The position numbers were made by a program, and so were the translations under genes. DNA of 64,000 bases from an uncultured Candidatus Rokubacteria bacterium (GTDB lineage: Bacteria > Methylomirabilota > Methylomirabilia > Rokubacteriales > DASRDR01): NCBI GenBank assembly GCA_963708025.1, contig CAVPSB010000019.1, positions 128,001 to 192,000 of the forward strand. Direction: 5' to 3'. Positions 57,200-64,000 of the stretch are shown piece after piece (position 1 is the stretch's first letter; each line of letters begins with the position of its first letter). A model generated the notes under the pieces. It searched no databases. It had not been told where the DNA came from and saw only the letters and a list, made by a program, of their open reading frames with translations.

Positions 57200-57402
57200 G
57201 CGCTCTCTTCCTCCGGGACGTCCTGGTCGGCCTGGCAGCTGAGGCAGACCCAGCGGCGCCAGACCTGCCGCTGCCGGTCACGCCAGAGATACCAGGGATT
57301 CAGCATCTCGCGGCCACAGGCCGGGCAGCGCCGGGCCTGGGCCGGGTCCGGATGGGGGTGGGGGTAGTAGGTGCGGCGCTCGACCGGGATCTCGTGGCTC
57401 AT
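57196..57402 (-). CDS. Small zinc-ribbon-like protein
   Basis: CPAC...CLSC, 68 aa. Confidence 0.55.
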   Translation of the reverse strand: MSHEIPVERRTYYPHPHPDPAQARRCPACGREMLNPWYLWRDRQRQVWRRWVCLSCQADQDVPEEESA

Positions 57403-57521
57403 GGCGGCTTCTGTTATCGTCTGGCGCCGCCGTTTCGTCAAGCGGCTTTCCGAGCCCCCCTCCGGCCCGGGTTCGGCCGGCCGGGGAGCCCGGTGATATA
57501 CTCCCGCCTGGACACCCCGTC

Positions 57522-59255
57522 ATGCGGCGACTCCGGATCGCGCTCGGCCAGATCAACGCGACGGTCGGCGACCTCGAGGGGAACACGCGGCGCGTCCTCG
57601 AGACGATCGAGCAGGCCCGGCCTCTCGGCGTGGACCTGGTGGCGTTCCCCGAGCTGGTCCTGACCGGGTACCCCCCCGAAGACCTCCTCTTCAAGCCGGC
57701 GTTCATCGAGGCCAACCTGCGGGCTCTGGACGAGGTCGTCCGGGCGTCGGTCGGCCTCACGGTGGTGGTCGGCTTCGTCGACCGCCGGGACGACATCCTG
57801 AACGCGGCGGCGGTGATCCACGACCGCCGGCTGGCCGGGGTGTACCACAAGCAGTACCTCCCGAACTACGGCGTCTTCGACGAGAACCGGTACTTCCAGG
57901 CCGGGACCGAGACGCCGGTGTTCGAGCTGGGCGAGGGACCCGCCGCCGTCGTCGCCGTCAACATCTGCGAGGACATCTGGTACCCGACTGGACCGGCCAC
58001 CGCCCAGACCCTGGCCGGGGCGGACGTGATCCTCACCATCACCTCGTCCCCCTACCACGCCGGCAAGGTCCGGTTCCGGGAGAAGATGCTGGCTACCCGG
58101 GCCGGCGACCACGTCGCGTGCCTGGCCTACGCGAACCTGGTCGGGGGCCAGGACGAGCTGGTGTTCGACGGCCAGTCGATGATCTTCAACGAGCGCGGGG
58201 AGCGCCTGGCGCTCGGCCGGCCCTTCGAGGAAGACCTGGTCGTCGCCGACCTCGACCTGGACGCCGTCTTCCGCGCCCGCCTCCGCGACTCGCGCCGGCG
58301 GAAGGACAAGCTCCTCGCCACCGAGCCCGTCCGCCGGATCACTCTGCCGGCGCCGGCGGACCGCGAGCGCCCTCCGCTGCCCGCCTCCAGCGCGAGCTTC
58401 CTCGAGCCGGTCGCCGAGGTCTACGCCGCGCTGGTGCTCGGCACCCGGGACTACGTCCGGAAGAACGGCTTCCGTCGCGTGGTCATCGGGCTGTCGGGTG
58501 GCATCGATTCGGCCCTGACGGCGGCCGTCGCCGTGGATGCCCTCGGGCGGGACAGCGTGGTCGGCGTGTCGATGCCGTCGCCCTTCTCCTCGGCGGGGAC
58601 CAAGGCGGACGCCCGGCGGGTGGCGCGGAACCTCGGCATCGAATTCCTCACCCTCCCCATCACGCCCGGCTACCGGGCGTTCCGGCGCATCCTGGCCGCC
58701 CCGTTCAAGGGCCTGAAGGAGGACGTGGCGGAGGAGAACATCCAGGCCCGGGTGCGGGGGATGCTCCTGATGGCGCTGTCGAACAAGTTCGGATGGCTCG
58801 TCCTCACCACCGGGAACAAGAGCGAGATGGGCGTGGGCTACTGCACGCTCTACGGGGACATGGCCGGCGGCTTTGCCGTCATCAAGGACGTCCCGAAGAC
58901 CCTGGTCTACGAGCTGGCCCGGTACCGGAACGCCCGCGACGGCCGGCCGGCGATCCCCGAGAGCGTGCTGACCCGGGCGCCCTCGGCCGAGCTGCGCCCC
59001 AACCAGACCGACCAGGACAGCCTGCCGCCCTACGAGGTGCTCGACGCGATCCTGGAGGCCTACGTCGAGAACGACCGGCCGATCGCCGACATCGTCGCCA
59101 GCGGCTTCGACGAGGCGACGGTGCGGCGGGTGGTGGCGATGGTCGACCGCAACGAGTACAAGCGCCGCCAGGCGCCGCCGGGCGTCAAGATCACGACGCG
59201 CGCGTTCGGGCGCGACTGGCGACTCCCGATCGTCAACCGCTTCCACCACCCGTAG
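57522..59255 (+). CDS. nadE: Glutamine-dependent NAD+ synthetase
   Basis: Nitrilase domain (FPEL, K..LPNYGVFDE, ICED) plus SGGIDS, ENIQAR, TGNKSE, PSAEL. Confidence 0.97.
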   Translation: MRRLRIALGQINATVGDLEGNTRRVLETIEQARPLGVDLVAFPELVLTGYPPEDLLFKPAFIEANLRALDEVVRASVGLTVVVGFVDRRDDILNAAAVIHDRRLAGVYHKQYLPNYGVFDENRYFQAGTETPVFELGEGPAAVVAVNICEDIWYPTGPATAQTLAGADVILTITSSPYHAGKVRFREKMLATRAGDHVACLAYANLVGGQDELVFDGQSMIFNERGERLALGRPFEEDLVVADLDLDAVFRARLRDSRRRKDKLLATEPVRRITLPAPADRERPPLPASSASFLEPVAEVYAALVLGTRDYVRKNGFRRVVIGLSGGIDSALTAAVAVDALGRDSVVGVSMPSPFSSAGTKADARRVARNLGIEFLTLPITPGYRAFRRILAAPFKGLKEDVAEENIQARVRGMLLMALSNKFGWLVLTTGNKSEMGVGYCTLYGDMAGGFAVIKDVPKTLVYELARYRNARDGRPAIPESVLTRAPSAELRPNQTDQDSLPPYEVLDAILEAYVENDRPIADIVASGFDEATVRRVVAMVDRNEYKRRQAPPGVKITTRAFGRDWRLPIVNRFHHP

Positions 59256-59463
59256 TCGCGCACCGGGCGACCGGCCGTCGGGCGTCGGTGACCGCGCGGC
59301 GGGTCGCCGCGTCTCAGTTCGGGACCTCCCGCCCACCCCCCCAACCCCCTCCCGTTTGACCGGATCGCCGGGACGGCTCGGCCTGCGGCCCTCGCGACGT
59401 CCCGTCCCTCCGGTAGGCACCGGGGGGAGGGGGGAGTCGGAGGCCCCATTCCTCCACACGCTC

Positions 59464-60783
59464 TCAGCCCGGATTCGCCCCCGCCGGTCCGGGGGCCGGA
59501 AGGCTGCGGGCGACGATCCAGGGCATCGCCATCAGGGCGTAGACCAGCATCACCACCTCGCCGTCCCCGAAGTTGTGCTCGAAGAGCCCGGCGACGAGGA
59601 AGGCTCCGACGCCCCACAGACTGGCGCTGACGAGCGCCCGCTCGCGTGACGCGTCCGGTCCGAGCCGGCGGAGGACCCGCGCGCTCTCCCGGAAGAAGAC
59701 GATCCACAGCCAGATCCAGACCGCGAGGGCGGGCAGGCCCCGCTCGGCCGCGATCTGGATCGGCGAGTTGTGGAGGTGGCCGGTGGACGGCCGGACTGCC
59801 TCCGGCCGGCGGTAGTGGGGATACCAGACGCGCACCTGCCCGGGCCCGACGCCGACCAGCGGGTGGTCGGCGATCATGGCCAGGCCGCTCCGCCACATGG
59901 CCACCCGGTCGCGGGCGGTCTCGTCCTGGGGATCGGCCATCGAGCGCACGCGCTCCATGACGGCGCCGGAGGAGGCGGCGGCGACCACCAGCGCCACCGC
60001 CACCAGGAGCAGGACCCACCGGCTGGCGCGCCGCGCCGTGAGGACGAGGCCGAGCGTCCCCGCCACCAGGCCGAGCCAGGCGTTCCGGGAGTACGTGAAG
60101 GCGAGGGCGGCGAGCGTGATGGCGCCGGCCGGCACCATCCACCAGACCCGCCGCCAGGACACATGGGCCAGGTAGGCCACGAAGAAGAGCGTTCCCAGCA
60201 GGAGGACGCCGCCGAAGGTCATGTAGATGCTGAACGGCCCGCTGACCCGTGACGGGTGGGTGCAGAGGACGGCGAGCGCGTCCCCCGGCCGGATGGTGCC
60301 GCACACGAAGGCCTGGACGAGCCCGTAGGACGCCATGACGGTCAAGACGAGCAGAAAGCCCGTCCAGAGCCGGAGGGCGTGATCGCTGTCGCGGGTGTAC
60401 CAGAGCACCAGGTAGAAGACGGTGATGCGGAGGGTGTCGCGGGCGAGCCAGAGGCTGCCGCCCGGATCGCCGGACAGGATCGCCGAGAGGATCGACAGGG
60501 CAACGAACGCCAGGAAGGGCCGCGTCAGTGGGTGGCGGCGCAGCGGCTCGGCGTCCGCCCAGACCTCGCGCGCGACGGCGGCCAGGGCCCGCGGCCTCGG
60601 GACGCTCCGGAGGGCCTGGTCCCAGGGCACCACGAGCAGGAACAGCAGGGCGAGCAGGATCTGGCTGCCGCTGATCGAGCAGCCGAGGGCCAGGAAGAAC
60701 CCGACCAGCAGGCCCTGGCGGAGCGAGGGGAGGAGCGGCTGCGAGCGCGGGAGGGGGAACGGCCAGGCGACCGGCGCCGTCAC
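59464..60783 (-). CDS. O-antigen ligase family membrane protein
   Basis: TYSRNAW, R..MW.......HP..GVG.G, HLHNS.IQ..AE.G. Confidence 0.85.
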   Translation of the reverse strand: MTAPVAWPFPLPRSQPLLPSLRQGLLVGFFLALGCSISGSQILLALLFLLVVPWDQALRSVPRPRALAAVAREVWADAEPLRRHPLTRPFLAFVALSILSAILSGDPGGSLWLARDTLRITVFYLVLWYTRDSDHALRLWTGFLLVLTVMASYGLVQAFVCGTIRPGDALAVLCTHPSRVSGPFSIYMTFGGVLLLGTLFFVAYLAHVSWRRVWWMVPAGAITLAALAFTYSRNAWLGLVAGTLGLVLTARRASRWVLLLVAVALVVAAASSGAVMERVRSMADPQDETARDRVAMWRSGLAMIADHPLVGVGPGQVRVWYPHYRRPEAVRPSTGHLHNSPIQIAAERGLPALAVWIWLWIVFFRESARVLRRLGPDASRERALVSASLWGVGAFLVAGLFEHNFGDGEVVMLVYALMAMPWIVARSLPAPGPAGANPG

Positions 60784-62522
60784 GACCCCGTCCCCGTCGC
60801 CGTGAACTGCAGGGCGTGGAGCCGCCGGTACAGGCCATCCCGGGCCAGCAGCTCGTCGTGTCGCCCCTCCTCCACGATCCGGCCCTCCTGGAAGACCGCG
60901 ATCCGGTGAGCCAGGCGCACGGTCGAGAGGCGGTGGGCGATCAGGAACACCGTCCGATTCTTGGTGAGGTCGGTCAGGGCCTGCTGGACCATGAACTCCG
61001 ACTCGGCGTCGAGATCGGAGGTGACCTCGTCGAGGATCAGGATGGCCGGGTCCTTCAGGAAGGCGCGGGCCAGCGCGACCCGCTGCCGCTGGCCGCCGGA
61101 GAGCTTGACGCCGCGCTCCCCGACCAGGGTCCCGTAGCCGGCGGGCAATCCGGTGATGAACTCGTGGGCGTAGGCGGCCCGGGCCGCCCGCTCGATCTCC
61201 TCCCGCGTCGCCCCGGGCTTGCCGTACGCGATGTTCGTCTCGATGGTGTCGTTGAAGAGGAAGGTGTCCTGGGTCACGATGGCGATCTGCGCGCGCAGGG
61301 ACTCTTGCGTGCACTCGCGGATGTCCATCCCGTCCACCAGGACCCGTCCCTGGGTGACGTCGTGGAAGCGCGGGATCAGGTCGGTGAGGGTCGACTTGCC
61401 GGCGCCGCTCATCCCCACGAAGGCCAGCACCTCGCCGCGGGGCACCGTGAGGCTGATGTCCTTGAGGACCATCTCGCCGTCGTCGTACTGGAACCACACG
61501 TGGTCGAACTCGATCTGCCGGCGGAACGCCGGGAGCGTCCTGGCGTCGGGCCCGTCGGCCACGGCGGGCTCCAGCGCGAGCACCTCGAACACCCGGTCGG
61601 CCGACGGCATGGTCTGCTGGTAGAGGTTGGCCATGCGGGACAGCTTCCGGACCGGGCCGTAGAGCATGAGGGTCGCGGTGACGAACGAGAAGAGGGCGCC
61701 GGGGGTCATGTCGCCCTGCACGACCCGGTAGCCGCCGTACCACAGAATGGCCATGACCCCGAAGGCCGCCAGGATCTCCATGAGCGGCTCCGACAGCTCG
61801 TCAACCCGGTGGTCCTTGAGCGAGAGCTCGAGGAGGCGCTGGTTGATGCGGTCGAAGCGTGACCGCTCGTGCTCCTCCCGGCCGAAGGCCTTCACGATCT
61901 TCGTTCCCGTGAAGGCCTCCTGGAGCAGCGTGGTGAGGGCGCCGATCTGCTCCTGGGTCCGCCGGTTGATCTTGTAGAGCTGCCGCCCCATGGCCCGGAT
62001 GCTGAGCCCGACCAGCGGGAAGGCGATGAGGGCCAGGAGGGTCAGCCGCGCTTCCTGGGTGAACATGACCCCCAGCAGGGCCACGATGGTGGCGACCTGG
62101 CGGAACGCCATCACCAGGATCTCGGACGAGAGCTTGGCCAGCCGGGTGGCGTCCACCACGACGCGGGCCATCAGGTCGGCCGAGTGGCGGTTCTGGAAGA
62201 ACGCGAGCGGCATCGCCTGGATGTGGACGTACAGGTCGCGCCGGATGGCCGCGATGATCCGCTCGCCGACCGCCGCCATCATGTAGGACTGGCCGTAGCG
62301 CGCCGCGCCCTTGACCAGGTAGACGGCGAGGAGCAGGAGGGGAAGGAGCTTCAGCATGGCGAGGTCACGGCGGATGAAGATCCCGTCCATCGTCGGCTTG
62401 ACGAGCCACGCGATCGCGCCGTCCATCCCGGAGACGACGACCGCCAGCCCACCGCCCACGACCAGCCACACCCCGTAGGGGCGCACGTAGGGCAGGAGGC
62501 GCTTCAGCGCCGCGGGGATCAC
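60780..62522 (-). CDS. msbA: MsbA-like ABC exporter (TMD+NBD)
   Basis: GMSGAGKS, LSGGQRQR, ILILDE, IAHRLST; envelope-gene context. Confidence 0.8.
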   Translation of the reverse strand: MIPAALKRLLPYVRPYGVWLVVGGGLAVVVSGMDGAIAWLVKPTMDGIFIRRDLAMLKLLPLLLLAVYLVKGAARYGQSYMMAAVGERIIAAIRRDLYVHIQAMPLAFFQNRHSADLMARVVVDATRLAKLSSEILVMAFRQVATIVALLGVMFTQEARLTLLALIAFPLVGLSIRAMGRQLYKINRRTQEQIGALTTLLQEAFTGTKIVKAFGREEHERSRFDRINQRLLELSLKDHRVDELSEPLMEILAAFGVMAILWYGGYRVVQGDMTPGALFSFVTATLMLYGPVRKLSRMANLYQQTMPSADRVFEVLALEPAVADGPDARTLPAFRRQIEFDHVWFQYDDGEMVLKDISLTVPRGEVLAFVGMSGAGKSTLTDLIPRFHDVTQGRVLVDGMDIRECTQESLRAQIAIVTQDTFLFNDTIETNIAYGKPGATREEIERAARAAYAHEFITGLPAGYGTLVGERGVKLSGGQRQRVALARAFLKDPAILILDEVTSDLDAESEFMVQQALTDLTKNRTVFLIAHRLSTVRLAHRIAVFQEGRIVEEGRHDELLARDGLYRRLHALQFTATGTGS

Positions 62523-62531
62523 GGCGCTATT

Positions 62532-62679
62532 CTAGCCCCGATCCGAAACGAGCTCACGTATGGAATCTCGCTCCAGCGGCACGCCGTCAGGTTGGGCAAT
62601 GCGAGCAGTCTGGAGCGCCGCCGCTACTGACGGGCCGATTTCCGGAACGGCGGCAACGGGAATTTCGGATCGGGGCTAG
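62532..62679. mobile_element. MITE-like element with perfect 17-bp terminal inverted repeats including CTAG
   Basis: CTAGCCCCGATCCGAAA...TTTCGGATCGGGGCTAG. Confidence 0.75.
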
Positions 62680-62799
62680 CAGCCGGCGAGAGGGCGATGC
62701 ACCAGATCGGAACCTCCCGCCTCCCTCCTCCTTGGACGGCCGTCGGCCTTTGGCTGGGGGGAGGGGGAGTCGGAGGCCCCGATTGCGTCACGCGCTCTC

Positions 62800-63915
62800 T
62801 CAGCGGTTCGTGGCCAGCCGCCGGTAGAGCGCCTCCAGGCGCGCGACCTTGGCGTCGATCGAGAAGCGCTCCTGCACCCGGGCGCGCCCCGCTTCGCCGA
62901 GCGTCCGGGCCCAGCCGGGATCCCCGAGGAGCCGGAGGACGCCGGCGGCGAGCGCGGCCGGGTCGCGGGACGGGACGAGCAGTCCCGTTCGTTCGTGCAG
63001 GACCAGCTCGGGGTTGCCCACGGCGTCGGAGGCGACGACGGGCGTTCCCATCGCGAGGGACTCCCGCAGCGACCCCGTGATCCCGAGCCCGACCGGGGAG
63101 GCGTCCACGCAGATGTCCGAGGCGGCGAGGATCTCGGGGACGTCGTCGCGGTAGCCCCAGACCGTCACCGCGCCGCCGAGCCCGAGGGCGGCGATCCGGG
63201 TCTCGAGCGGCGGGCGCTTCTCGGGACGGGCCCCGACCAGGAGCAGCCGGGCCTCGCGCCGCTCGCGCTGGACGGCGGCGAAGGCCTGGATCACCTCCGC
63301 GTTGCCCTTGGTCTCGCGGACGCCGATCTGGGTCACCAGGGGGGCCGTCCGCGGCAGGCCCAGCTCGGCGCGGATCCTGTCCCCGCTCACGCGGGTCGGA
63401 TCGAAGCGACGGATGTCGGTCGCCGAGTAGACGACCTCGATCTTGGCGCGCGGCATGCCCTGCGCCACCAGATCGGTCTTGATCGCCTCGCAGACCGCCA
63501 CCACGGCCGCGATCATCGGGCTCCGGTCCACGAAGCGCCCGCCCAGCGACAGCCGGAAGCTCACCCCGCGGTTGACGACCAGCGGCGGCCGCGGGCCGAG
63601 GAGTCGCGCCAGGAGCGCCAGCGTGCGGCCCCCGCCCTTGTGGGCGTGGATCACCTGCACGGCCTCGGCGCGGACCAGGGCGGCCAGCCGGACGGCGCCC
63701 ACGGGATCGGCGGGAGAGCGGAAGAAGCCGTGGTGTCGGAAGCCGGCGGCGGCCGCCTCGGTGGCCCAGCGCGGGTTGGTGCCCGTGACGACGGTGACGC
63801 GGTGGCCGCGCTCCACGAGGCCGCGAGCGAGGTCGCGGAGCTGGATCGCGGCCCCGGTGTAGAAGTCGTCCTTCGGGTAGATCTGGAGGAGCCGGAGCGG
63901 CGCGTCGGCGCTAAT
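62800..63915 (-). CDS. GT4-family glycosyltransferase; start uncertain (ATT 63915 or GTG 63816)
   Basis: GYRDDV, ESLAMGTPVVAS..VGNPE, TGLLV; the GT-B first strand lies upstream of 63816. Confidence 0.85.
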   Translation of the reverse strand: MSADAPLRLLQIYPKDDFYTGAAIQLRDLARGLVERGHRVTVVTGTNPRWATEAAAAGFRHHGFFRSPADPVGAVRLAALVRAEAVQVIHAHKGGGRTLALLARLLGPRPPLVVNRGVSFRLSLGGRFVDRSPMIAAVVAVCEAIKTDLVAQGMPRAKIEVVYSATDIRRFDPTRVSGDRIRAELGLPRTAPLVTQIGVRETKGNAEVIQAFAAVQRERREARLLLVGARPEKRPPLETRIAALGLGGAVTVWGYRDDVPEILAASDICVDASPVGLGITGSLRESLAMGTPVVASDAVGNPELVLHERTGLLVPSRDPAALAAGVLRLLGDPGWARTLGEAGRARVQERFSIDAKVARLEALYRRLATNR

Positions 63916-64000
63916 CGTCCGCGACGGGGAGTCCCGCCTCCATCCAGCCCGTCATGCCGCCCCACACGTTCGTGAGCCGCGTGAGCCCCCGGGCGAGCAG
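63911..64000 (-). CDS. Rhodanese-domain protein, C-terminal end
   Basis: LLARGLTRLTNVWGGMTGWMEAGLPVADD* matches the rhodanese C-terminal GG..W...GLP. Confidence 0.7.
   Translation of the reverse strand: MLARGLTRLTNVWGGMTGWMEAGLPVADD

Overview
Very GC-rich chromosomal window from a diderm bacterium. Gene content and style are consistent with Rokubacteria/Methylomirabilota (inference, not tested). It holds about 58 genes. These include a methylcitrate-type operon (citrate synthase, short aconitase, prpF); tusA with an IscS-like protein whose PLP-binding Lys is replaced by Asp; a full F420 locus (cofG, cofH, cofD, a cofC-cofE fusion, npdG, LLM and PPOX enzymes); a 4xGAF-PAS kinase/REC/Hpt/REC module; glnA; and an ArsR-headed hyf-like operon lacking Ni-binding cysteines (Ehr type). 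It also has stress genes, comDE-like genes, ccsA-hemA-hemL, a heavily frameshifted iorAB-type molybdoenzyme, pdxST, nadE and LPS/envelope genes. Non-coding DNA is crowded with at least four families of palindromic or MITE-like repeats, which often sit on stop codons or CTAG. The most interesting candidates are an unclassified ~240-nt structured RNA/attenuator ahead of a cupin gene (11716-11958), the Lys-to-Asp IscS/TusA pair, the CofC-CofE fusion and the CTAG-flanked MITEs. No rRNA, tRNA, CRISPR array or intact prophage was seen. All calls come from reading motifs by eye; no searches were run.
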